Below are positions 9,180 to 15,731 of a stretch of DNA of 53,719 nt, in pieces. Below the pieces are notes generated by a model. It was given only the letters and a program-made list of their open reading frames with translations, ran no database searches and was not told the origin of the DNA. Both the position numbers and the translations under genes were made by a program. Location of the stretch: NCBI GenBank assembly GCA_028286525.1, contig JAQBRL010000021.1, forward strand, positions 1 through 53,719. Direction: 5' to 3'. The first letter of the stretch is position 1. Every line of letters begins with the position of its first letter. This stretch comes from Parcubacteria group bacterium (GTDB lineage Bacteria > Patescibacteriota > Minisyncoccia > Phycocordibacterales > Phycocordibacteraceae).

Positions 9180-10349
9180 TTAATGCGAACCGAGATACAT
9201 ACGCGTTATCGGACCGAAGTTACCGATGGCAGGCGATATTCCCACATTCGCTTGATATTCAGCGAGGGCTGCACGCGTCAGCGCGCCGAAATAGCCGGTA
9301 GCGCCAGCTGAAGCGAGCCTGCCGGCTGCGGAGCCGGTGCTGCGGGATATCAAGAACTGCTGCAAGAAGGTCACCTGGCCGTTACGCATCCCTTGGCGCA
9401 GATCGATTCCAATGGTCTGGACTTGGGTACTGGGCGAAGAAACCATGCCGTTCGCGCCTGTGTTGGTGTTTACGGATGTGGTCACCGTAGTCGTGGTCGG
9501 AGACGGTGAAGCAGATGACGAGGAGGATGAAGTCGTGGTCGTATTGGTCGTGGTTGTAGGAACTGGCGGCGCGACCGTCACAGCCGCGCTCGATCCTGAA
9601 GGCGCGGTAACGGCATTCGAATCGAGCGTAACCGCGGTCTGGGCGAGCGCGCGTCCTTCGAGCGACGCGCCCGTATTCAAGACGATCGCGGTCTGGTCGA
9701 GGATATTTCCTTTGAAGCTCGCGGTCGTGCCGATGGTCGTTTGTCCGGCAACTACCCAGAAGACATTCTGCGCTTGCGCACCTCCGGCAAGCACGATGTG
9801 CACGCCCGAAGCTACGTTCAAGCCCTGCGCTATCTGAAGTATCCAGACATCGTTCGCGCTTCCGGAGAGCGTAACGTCGGTCGGCACGGTCACCCCTGTG
9901 CCCCATTTATATACGCCGGGAGCGAGCGTAAGGCCCCCGATATTGCCCGCCCCGAGTTCGGTCACGTTTGGCGCGCGGCCAGCTGCGTCCGTGTAGGCGG
10001 TCTGCATGTCGAGTACGGCGGTCGTAAGGGCGGAAGGGGTAGGGTTCGCGTAGTCGGACGCATAGAGCTTTCCAGTAACGAGCGCGGATGTGGAATAGGC
10101 GCCAGCTGCAGGAAGCGTCAGCGCGAAGCCGGTGAGGTAGCTTGCGGCGGCTGGACTAAGTCCGATGTCGCCCGTGACCGAGGTAGAGCCCGTGGTCGAG
10201 ACCCCGGTCTTCGTCAGGATGGCGTAATTGCCTGCGGTCCCGAGATTGACTGCCGCCGGTCCTGCCGCGAGCGCTAGAGTAGGGATAATGAGACTGAACG
10301 CTAAAGAGACAGCGACAAGCGCTGCCGAGGCAGTAGTATTGGTTTTCAT
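9180..10349 (-). CDS. Secreted DUF3494 (ice-binding-like beta-solenoid) protein with C-terminal peptidoglycan-binding domain
   Basis: LGTAGNYAILTKTGVSTTG..TGDIGLSPAA..GNILDQTAIVLNTGASLEGRALAQTAVTL is typical of DUF3494. T/S-rich linker. C-terminal GYFGALTRAALAEYQ is PG_binding_1-like. Start taken at MKTNTT. Confidence 0.8.
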   Translation of the reverse strand: MKTNTTASAALVAVSLAFSLIIPTLALAAGPAAVNLGTAGNYAILTKTGVSTTGSTSVTGDIGLSPAAASYLTGFALTLPAAGAYSTSALVTGKLYASDYANPTPSALTTAVLDMQTAYTDAAGRAPNVTELGAGNIGGLTLAPGVYKWGTGVTVPTDVTLSGSANDVWILQIAQGLNVASGVHIVLAGGAQAQNVFWVVAGQTTIGTTASFKGNILDQTAIVLNTGASLEGRALAQTAVTLDSNAVTAPSGSSAAVTVAPPVPTTTTNTTTTSSSSSSASPSPTTTTVTTSVNTNTGANGMVSSPSTQVQTIGIDLRQGMRNGQVTFLQQFLISRSTGSAAGRLASAGATGYFGALTRAALAEYQANVGISPAIGNFGPITRMYLGSH

Positions 10350-10479
10350 ATAGTTTTTATGGGCGGATAGTCGAGCGTGCTTGCAGAGGGCAAACACCGA
10401 AGCGATGTAAAGAGGAGGCCAACGACCTTTCAGTTCGATATATTCATAACGCGTTCATCATGAAGGTTTAATGAAGAGG

Positions 10480-11202
10480 CTAAAGCCTGTTTTGGGTAGC
10501 TTTGTATACAGGTCCCGCTGGATGAGACGTGCGGTATAGATACCGCAATCGTATACGGTTGGCGAGTACCACCACGGCACCGAATACCAGGAAGAAGGGT
10601 ATGAAACCGAGCGCGGCGCGGGCAACGCCGGCGTATCCTTGCAGCCGTGTCGGATCGACAAAGAAGTACGGGTAGCTATGGGTGAATACACCGAGCAGTT
10701 CCACATAGAGCAGGTAGAAGGCGGTCACCGCTATCCATACGAGAACGGCCCACCACCGTACCGGCTTCTTCGTCGGGAAGGCGACCCAGTCGATGGCCAT
10801 CACTATCGGCATGACGTAATGAAAGACGCTGTTTATCCATGGAATTGAATCCTGCAGCGTACCCTGATGCCCGGGGCCTCGCAGAAAGAGGGTATAGGTC
10901 ACTCCCGTGGCGATGATGCAGAAGGTAGCCAGCCCGCGCAGTCGCTCAAAGCGCGGCGAAAGCTCGTGGCCCATCAGGTCCGCTCGAGCTTCGGCACAGA
11001 GTACGACCGCGACAAGGATATTGCTCAATATCGTGAAGTAGCTCGCGAAGAGCCCTACGTAGGCGAGGGTTATGCCGCCCGCTACGATAATGCCGTACGC
11101 GAACTGAATGACGAGCGCCGCAACGATAAGAAGGGCGAAACCGAATTGATAGAGTGTGCGAAAACGCAGCACGTGCTGTTTCATGTATTCATATATACGC
11201 AT
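10480..11202 (-). CDS. Polytopic membrane protein (possibly Pr6Pr/FAR-17a-like)
   Basis: 240 aa with 6-7 TM helices and a YFTILSN motif. The family call is tentative. Confidence 0.6.
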   Translation of the reverse strand: MRIYEYMKQHVLRFRTLYQFGFALLIVAALVIQFAYGIIVAGGITLAYVGLFASYFTILSNILVAVVLCAEARADLMGHELSPRFERLRGLATFCIIATGVTYTLFLRGPGHQGTLQDSIPWINSVFHYVMPIVMAIDWVAFPTKKPVRWWAVLVWIAVTAFYLLYVELLGVFTHSYPYFFVDPTRLQGYAGVARAALGFIPFFLVFGAVVVLANRIRLRYLYRTSHPAGPVYKATQNRL

Positions 11203-11289
11203 ACGGTAGGATAATTCTTGCGTAGCAAGACAGAGAGCCCAAGCCTTTCGGAAAACGCTATACCTTCTTATCGCATTGCCAACTCGGCC

Positions 11290-11451
11290 TCATTTCAGGA
11301 ATCTCAAGCAAAAGGCAGCAAAAACCAGGACGATACCGATGTTTACGATGAGTCGCTCCCAGAACCGATCCCTAAAGAACAGTACATCGACACCGACGAT
11401 AATGGCTATCAGAACCACGACGCAAACGGCGATGAGTATCGGCCTTGTCAT
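11290..11451 (-). CDS. 53-aa hydrophobic peptide (last cassette; not in ORF track)
   Basis: Own translation: MTRPILIAVCVVVLIAIIVGVDVLFFRDRFWERLIVNIGIVLVFAAFCLRFLK. Lies 50 nt downstream of repeat copy R7, in the same orientation as the other cassettes. Confidence 0.35.
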   Translation of the reverse strand: MTRPILIAVCVVVLIAIIVGVDVLFFRDRFWERLIVNIGIVLVFAAFCLRFLK

Positions 11452-11500
11452 TGCTTAAAACCATACCACCCCGACCCTGATAAAAGCCTAAACGAAGTCA

Positions 11501-11533
11501 TCCGTTGGATGGAGGATGTTCGAACCTTGTATA
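11501..11533 (-). repeat. Cassette repeat R7
   Basis: Minus strand: TATACAAGGTTCGAACATCCTCCATCCAACGGA. Confidence 0.75.
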
Positions 11534-11744
11534 CTATTTGAATGAAAAGCCTGAAGTTGGATAAGTCGAGAAAGCTCTTCGTGCTAAGCGTATTAATTAT
11601 CTTGGTATCTCTCGGTAAAATCCTCTTCGATCTCCATAATCATTACCTGATTTGTACCGTCCGTGAGGGAATTAAAACCTGCTGGTAAAGATCGGCTCCG
11701 CGAGTAAGCGAAGCTTGTCGCACTCGCCTCATTTCGCTCACTCT

Positions 11745-11766
11745 GCTTCGCTGGGTGAAGTGTATA
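11745..11766 (-). repeat. Cassette repeat R6 (truncated copy)
   Basis: Minus strand: TATACACTTCACCCAGCGAAGC. It lacks the GGTTCGAACATC segment. Confidence 0.5.
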
Positions 11767-11807
11767 AAAGAAGCCACCCGACAGGGCCGGGCGGCTCCAT
11801 CGGGTGG
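11763..11807 (-). terminator. Intrinsic terminator after the methyltransferase cassette
   Basis: CCACCCGA..TCGGGTGG stem followed by CTTCTTTTATAC on the minus strand. Confidence 0.65.
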
Positions 11808-11816
11808 GGTTGACCC

Positions 11817-12524
11817 TCACCGTGGTACGCAGATGTGCACATAGTCGCCGTATCCGTTCGGACGACGGTGCGGCCAGAGCTGCTTCGTTGTGACTCGAAA
11901 GTGTCGCTCGAGGAGCGGCAATCTCTTCTTGAACGACGGCTTGTACTCGTGCCTCAGCACATCATTCATAAGGATATCGACCGTCCATCCGAGAACTTCA
12001 TCAGGCGCACCTGCTTCGATGGTGTACTTGAGATATTCGTAGCCGAGCTTTGCTGCTGCAAGGCAGCGCTCCTCTTCGTTCGTGTAATCGTCGACGTAGC
12101 AGTCGGAGATGACTGCAACTCCGTCCGGCTTTAGCATTCGGGCGATGTTGGCGATGGCGACTCCCTGGTCCTCATAGGGAACGTGATGCAGAGCGCCGGT
12201 GCACAGCACCATATCGAGACCATCACGCGGGACCGCACACCAGTACCGCACGTCGCCCTGATGGAACTCGATGGGAGCATAGCGTTTCCGTCCGAATTCC
12301 ACGTATCGCTCATCGATATCAACGCCCATGAGTGAAAGGTCAGGACGAGCCTTTCCGATCTCACCCAACAGGTAGCCTGTGCCGCACATGATGTCGAGCA
12401 CCTGACATCCTTCGGGAGCCTTGAGCGCATAGTTGAGAACGGTCTGAAGGGAATCGCGATAGGGCCAGTATCCCAGGCCCCGCTCATAGATTTCAGCTTC
12501 AGGAAGCGGTTTCATCTCGGTCAT
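11817..12524 (-). CDS. Class I SAM-dependent methyltransferase
   Basis: Motif I VLDIMCGTGYLLGEIG, plus VDIDERYVEF and a LKPDGVAVISD post-I region. GGGAGGG lies 9 nt before the ATG at 12524; the track start is a TTG at 12530. Confidence 0.85.
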   Translation of the reverse strand: MTEMKPLPEAEIYERGLGYWPYRDSLQTVLNYALKAPEGCQVLDIMCGTGYLLGEIGKARPDLSLMGVDIDERYVEFGRKRYAPIEFHQGDVRYWCAVPRDGLDMVLCTGALHHVPYEDQGVAIANIARMLKPDGVAVISDCYVDDYTNEEERCLAAAKLGYEYLKYTIEAGAPDEVLGWTVDILMNDVLRHEYKPSFKKRLPLLERHFRVTTKQLWPHRRPNGYGDYVHICVPR

Positions 12525-12599
12525 TTTCAATGGCCCTCCCGAGCCGGGTTGCTGGAAAAGAACTTCGGAAGCACCATACCATTTATATATAAAATGTCA

Positions 12600-12636
12600 G
12601 CTCCTGGCTGGAAGATATTCGAACCCGGTGTGTATA
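12600..12636 (-). repeat. Cassette repeat R5
   Basis: Minus strand: TATACACACCGGGTTCGAATATCTTCCAGCCAGGAGC, followed by CTGACA-16nt-TATGGT. Confidence 0.75.
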
Positions 12637-12719
12637 AAAAGAAGATGACCGCCCTCTGGGAGTGCGGCCATCGGGGGAGCGGCGAGGAAGTTTCTCCGCC
12701 AGGTGACCGCGAGTGGGTG

Positions 12720-12917
12720 TTATTTGCCAAGATGTTCATCACGACGGACCCACTGATATTGGCAACACCCGTGGTCAGCGGTTCTGTTTCGAGCGACATC
12801 CTGAGGCGCGTCGTGACAGCTACATCCGCACGTCGTAGGGTTTCCTATGGCGTAGTCTGGTCCCTGGGTCCGTTGCGATGTCGCCTCACGCCTAAATGGC
12901 CTAAAAAGGTCAAACAT
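12720..12917 (-). CDS. 65-aa Cys-rich protein (CGCSCHD..HGCCQY motif)
   Basis: ORF 67 nt downstream of R4 and a TTGACA box, with a hairpin plus T-tract after it. Shares a cysteine motif with the 13089 ORF. Confidence 0.5.
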   Translation of the reverse strand: MFDLFRPFRREATSQRTQGPDYAIGNPTTCGCSCHDAPQDVARNRTADHGCCQYQWVRRDEHLGK

Positions 12918-12983
12918 TCTGCTAGTTCCTAACTGGTGATTCCTAAATATAGGGTACGTTGAAAAAAGCTATTGTCAAGTTTT

Positions 12984-13022
12984 GCTCCGCTGGCTGGAGG
13001 ATGTACGAACCTCTTTTGTATA
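12984..13022 (-). repeat. Cassette repeat R4
   Basis: Minus strand: TATACAAAAGAGGTTCGTACATCCTCCAGCCAGCGGAGC. Confidence 0.8.
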
Positions 13023-13057
13023 AAAAAACCGCCCCTTCCGCACGAAACGAAAGGGGT
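13022..13057 (-). terminator. Intrinsic terminator after the 137-aa Cys-rich gene
   Basis: CCCCTT..AAGGGG stem followed by CGGTTTTTTTATAC on the minus strand. Confidence 0.65.
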
Positions 13058-13088
13058 TAGGATTTTCGTCTCGCGCGGAGGTGGGCGG

Positions 13089-13502
13089 CTAGATTGAACG
13101 CACAGTTGCTATGTGACGGAACTCCTCGCTTTGGTCGAGCAGAGACTGCATACGAGCAGCCGGAGCGCAGCATTCTAGAAGCGTGCGAACGGCGGGCATG
13201 AACTCTTCATTGATGCGTTCCTCGCAGTCAGGCGAAAGGTCAGTTGCCTTCATCAGCGTTTTGACGCCGTTGCCGTAGGTAAGGTCGGACAGCGCAACAA
13301 GATTGTGCTCGTGCCCGTCAATCTCGAGGATAGATTCGACCTGCTCGCCGGCCAGATGCTGCTTGCACACTTCTTCGGCCATCGACTCCGCCACTGTACG
13401 CATCACGGAGTGATAGTGACAGCAGTGAGTGGGGCACTCCGTGCCGTCCTTGTCATGGCAGGTACAAGAACAGGGTCCTGCGAAGGGACTCATGAGCTTC
13501 AT
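13089..13502 (-). CDS. 137-aa protein with N-terminal Cys-rich motif (CSCTCHD..HCCHYH)
   Basis: GGAGA lies 6 nt before the ATG at 13502; the track start is a TTG at 13508. Cys cluster at the N-terminus, then an acidic helical body with further Cys (CC at residue ~115). Confidence 0.65.
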   Translation of the reverse strand: MKLMSPFAGPCSCTCHDKDGTECPTHCCHYHSVMRTVAESMAEEVCKQHLAGEQVESILEIDGHEHNLVALSDLTYGNGVKTLMKATDLSPDCEERINEEFMPAVRTLLECCAPAARMQSLLDQSEEFRHIATVRSI

Positions 13503-13560
13503 TGTCAATCTCCACTATTGTTGGGCCGAAGTAGTTATATCACAAATCTAGAGAATGTCT

Positions 13561-13593
13561 GCTCCGCTGGCTGGAGGATGTTCGAACTCGTTA
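13561..13593 (-). repeat. Cassette repeat R3
   Basis: Minus strand: TAACGAGTTCGAACATCCTCCAGCCAGCGGAGC. Overlaps the stop codon of the 205-aa gene. Followed by CAGACA-16nt-TATAAC. Confidence 0.8.
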
Positions 13594-14208
13594 GAAAAGA
13601 ATCAGCGACAGGATAATCATCCAATAAAAGGCGAGAATACTATAAAAACCGCGCTGGTAACCCAATTCTTCTCGATCTGTAATTAATTTGGAGGTACATA
13701 CTCCTACAAGAAAGTAGAAGGGTATGACTTGCAGGCATGAGAGGTGGGAAAAGAAGCCGAGGTTGGCTGGTAAGTAATAGAACACATACGATCCAAACAG
13801 CAGAAGAAAGAGCCCGTTGTATGCAAGTTCAAGCACAACCGCCTCGGCACCCATGATGAGTCCGGGGCGCAGGTATTCCTTCGGACTAAAGTGATGTATG
13901 GCTGTATCGTTTAGATAGCGGTAGTAGCCCAGGCCACCCCAGATGAAAAAGAAAAAATAACTTATGTCACCGCCATGCGCGGGGAAGAGGTGGTAATTCC
14001 AAAGCGGTGTACTGAAGACTATTTGCCATAAGTTGTTGGTAAGAATCTCCCCGCTTACCCCGAACAAACAGAAAACAGTGATATAGAAAGTGAGCTTTCG
14101 TAGTTCGATCTCAATGATCCTTCGCGTATACAGACAAAGACCAATATAATAAATAAGACTAAACGCCAGGGTGTACGCAAGTGCACTTATCGGCGTAACT
14201 TCTATCAT
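13591..14208 (-). CDS. Polytopic membrane protein (about 6 TM), markedly AT-rich
   Basis: 205 aa, aromatic-rich TM segments. TATACT lies 7 nt before the ATG. GC is visibly lower than the flanks. Confidence 0.7.
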   Translation of the reverse strand: MIEVTPISALAYTLAFSLIYYIGLCLYTRRIIEIELRKLTFYITVFCLFGVSGEILTNNLWQIVFSTPLWNYHLFPAHGGDISYFFFFIWGGLGYYRYLNDTAIHHFSPKEYLRPGLIMGAEAVVLELAYNGLFLLLFGSYVFYYLPANLGFFSHLSCLQVIPFYFLVGVCTSKLITDREELGYQRGFYSILAFYWMIILSLILF

Positions 14209-14242
14209 TCATTCAAGTATATCTCTACCTAACCTGGTCTGG

Positions 14243-14280
14243 GCTCCGCTGGGTGGAGGATGTTCGAACTGTTTTGCATA
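14243..14280 (-). repeat. Cassette repeat R2
   Basis: Minus strand: TATGCAAAACAGTTCGAACATCCTCCACCCAGCGGAGC. Confidence 0.8.
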
Positions 14281-14329
14281 GAAATGAAGAAGCCCACCGA
14301 GAAGTAGTGGCCTGATGGGCGACTTCTTG
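14281..14329 (-). terminator. Hairpin terminator after the 82-aa gene
   Basis: AAGAAGTCGCCCA..TGGGCTTCTT stem followed by CATTTCTAT on the minus strand. Confidence 0.5.
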
Positions 14330-14354
14330 GCGGGCGTGCTGTTCCTTGTTTCTC

Positions 14355-14603
14355 TTAGGCAAGCGGTTGGATATTGAACTGGGTGAGGACTCGGGCGGCG
14401 ACAGTGCGCAGGGCGGTGGACTGTTCGAGCTCAATTCCACGCGCCTCAGTGATGCCTTCTTCGACCACTTCCATGCCGCCGTTCTGGCTAGCAATGAAAG
14501 TATCGAAGTCTTCCTTCGACGTCCAAGTATGCCAGGCGATGACACCCTCGAAGTGACCTGCTTTGGACGTGCCGCGGACTGCAGCGATGTACTGCTCGGC
14601 CAT
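14355..14603 (-). CDS. 82-aa hypothetical protein (first cassette)
   Basis: AAAGGGAG SD 4 nt before the ATG. Lies downstream of R1 plus CTGACA-17nt-TATAAC. No family recognised. Confidence 0.6.
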   Translation of the reverse strand: MAEQYIAAVRGTSKAGHFEGVIAWHTWTSKEDFDTFIASQNGGMEVVEEGITEARGIELEQSTALRTVAARVLTQFNIQPLA

Positions 14604-14656
14604 AGGACTCCCTTTCTGTAACCGTTATAGTTATATCACACTTCTAAAATATGTCA

Positions 14657-14695
14657 GCTCCGCTGGCTGGAGGATGTTTGAACCTGTTTTGTATA
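14657..14695 (-). repeat. Cassette repeat R1
   Basis: Minus strand: TATACAAAACAGGTTCAAACATCCTCCAGCCAGCGGAGC. Confidence 0.8.
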
Positions 14696-14723
14696 AAGCA
14701 GACACCGCTCGAGGCGGTGTCTG
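14691..14723 (-). terminator. Intrinsic terminator (perfect 11-bp stem)
   Basis: GCAGACACCGC-CTCGA-GCGGTGTCTGC followed by TTTATAC on the minus strand. Confidence 0.75.
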
Positions 14724-14766
14724 CTAGCCCAGAGTGTGGGGTCACCATCGCGGGAGGACGCGCACG

Positions 14767-14794
14767 TGTATAGTCGCTAAAACAAAGGTGTCAA
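14767..14794 (-). promoter_or_regulatory. Sigma-70-type promoter (TTGACA-16nt-TATACA)
   Basis: Perfect -35 hexamer at 14789-14794 (rc) and TATACA at 14767-14772 (rc). Only about 70 nt separates it from the terminator at 14691-14723. Confidence 0.5.
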
Positions 14795-14841
14795 TACAAA
14801 TCCACAGATAGGGACGATTTATACTCCCAAAATCCTATTCT

Positions 14842-14963
14842 GCTCCGCGGGCAGGACACTCGAGCTACACTCGCTGTCCACTCTGCGGATTTTGCTTCGC
14901 AAAATGCTCGCATGAGTTTCTTCGAATCCTACACGAACGCGTTCCAGGCGTACTCTGCGGAGC
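14842..14963 (-). pseudogene. Scrambled tRNA-Asn-derived segment (att-like duplication)
   Basis: Ends with the 15-nt GCTCCGCGGGCAGGA identical to the tRNA 3' end and starts with GCTCCGCAG (the tRNA 5' end with 1 change). Contains an inverted AGGATTCGAA and a 10-nt direct repeat ACTCTGCGGA. No cloverleaf. Confidence 0.5.
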
Positions 14964-14964
14964 T

Positions 14965-15002
14965 GAGAAACGCAAAATCGCCCGTTCAGGGCGATTGCGT
15001 TT
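14965..15002 (-). terminator. Intrinsic terminator after tRNA-Asn
   Basis: AAACGCAATCGCCC-TGAAC-GGGCGATTTTGCGTTT followed by CTC on the minus strand. Confidence 0.65.
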
Positions 15003-15050
15003 GAAAACTAAGCTCCGCGGGCAGGATTCGAACCTGCGACCGATCGATTA

Positions 15051-15605
15051 CACGTATCTAATCATTTCTGAAAAGGGTGGACTATATCATCGCCCGTTCC
15101 TAGGAACTGGGGCGGGAGGCGCTTCCGATCGCTTTCGCGACAGTACTCCCTTGCGGGATAGTCTCTGAACCTTCAATCCGATTCCTCGGAAAGCTTGGCT
15201 GCTGATTACCCTCGTCTTTCTCGTTAGGGCTTCCAGCAATTCACCTCCTTTTCATCCCTGAATTACTTCTAGGGAGCTGCGTAATGTTGTCGTGCACTTC
15301 GGCGTGGCAGTTAGCGCATAGGAGGACGCACTTTTCCAATTCGGCGCGCATCTTTTCCCACGATCTGGTGAGACCTCGAGAAGAAAGACCGAAATCCTTC
15401 TTTGAGGGATCAATATGATGGAAAACCATTGCGCGCCTGCATCGGGCGTATCCGCATACAATGCATTTGCCGCCGCCGTACTCGAGAGCCATGTCGCGAA
15501 GTTTCTTTCGTCGCTTCGCAACCGCTTTTTTCATGTACTCTGCACGATCAGCATAGGTTCGTGTCTCTGGCATATACACATGAGTATACCAGGGACACAC
15601 GTACC
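15051..15605 (-). mobile_element. Group I intron (IC3-like), 555 nt
   Basis: 5' exon ends in U and the intron ends in G. The core matches remembered Azoarcus/Tetrahymena cores: CAGCAGCCAAGCTT (15191-15204 rc), GAAGGTTCAGAGACTA (15159-15174 rc) and GATATAGTCC (15079-15088 rc). Confidence 0.8.
15241..15573 (-). CDS. HNH homing endonuclease encoded inside the intron
   Basis: CIVCGY..MVFHHIDP..LLCANCHAEVH gives the CxxC..HH..CxxCH HNH signature. Start taken at MPETRTY, 33 nt into the intron. Confidence 0.8.
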   Translation of the reverse strand: MPETRTYADRAEYMKKAVAKRRKKLRDMALEYGGGKCIVCGYARCRRAMVFHHIDPSKKDFGLSSRGLTRSWEKMRAELEKCVLLCANCHAEVHDNITQLPRSNSGMKRR

Positions 15606-15731
15606 ACAGTCGACTGCTCTACCGCTGAGCTACCGCGGAGCTTAGTTTTCAACCTCTGAACATGCCCTCCGATGAGGGCTTCCGTATTCTAGCTGAAAAG
15701 CACGAAACGGCAACGGGTATACTGCGAGGAT

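Larger units (their letters stand above)
15013..15639 (-). tRNA. tRNA-Asn(GUU) interrupted in the anticodon loop by a group I intron (exons 15639-15606 and 15050-15013)
   Basis: Spliced 72-nt product: TCCGCGG TA GCTC AGCGGTA GAGC A GTCGA CTGTTAA TCGAT CGGTC GCAGG TTCGAAT CCTGC CCGCGGA G. Full cloverleaf with U1-A72 and G73, as in known tRNA-Asn. No encoded CCA. Confidence 0.85.

Noticed and set aside
11218-11541. 107-aa + strand ORF (D/N/E/Q/Y-rich)
   Set aside because: Its composition is what the antisense of a TM-helix ORF produces. It also reads through repeat R7. The minus-strand 53-aa TM peptide fits the cassette orientation better, though confidence is still low.
12527-12932. 127-aa (+) and 90-aa (-) ORFs
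   Set aside because: Both run across repeat R5 and the promoter/terminator elements and overlap the better-supported 65-aa Cys-motif ORF.
14225-14621. 106-aa (-), 91-aa (+) and 60-aa (+) ORFs overlapping the 82-aa cassette gene
   Set aside because: They are alternative frames without SD or promoter context. The 82-aa frame has AAAGGGAG and sits correctly between the promoter and the terminator.
11501-14695. CRISPR array interpretation of the seven direct repeats
   Set aside because: Spacing is 350-700 bp rather than 25-50 bp. The intervals hold ORFs with promoters and terminators. The copies are degenerate, and no cas genes are present.
14842-14963. A second functional tRNA, or a second intron-containing tRNA
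   Set aside because: Only the terminal 7-15 nt match a tRNA. No D-arm, anticodon arm or T-arm can be folded, and the T-loop fragment is inverted.
15013-15639. Alternative splice junction giving tRNA-Thr(UGU) (CT + TGTAA)
   Set aside because: It also satisfies the U/G splice rule. However, U1-A72, G73 and the overall sequence closely resemble tRNA-Asn from E. coli and B. subtilis as I recall them. Asn(GUU) is favoured but not proven.
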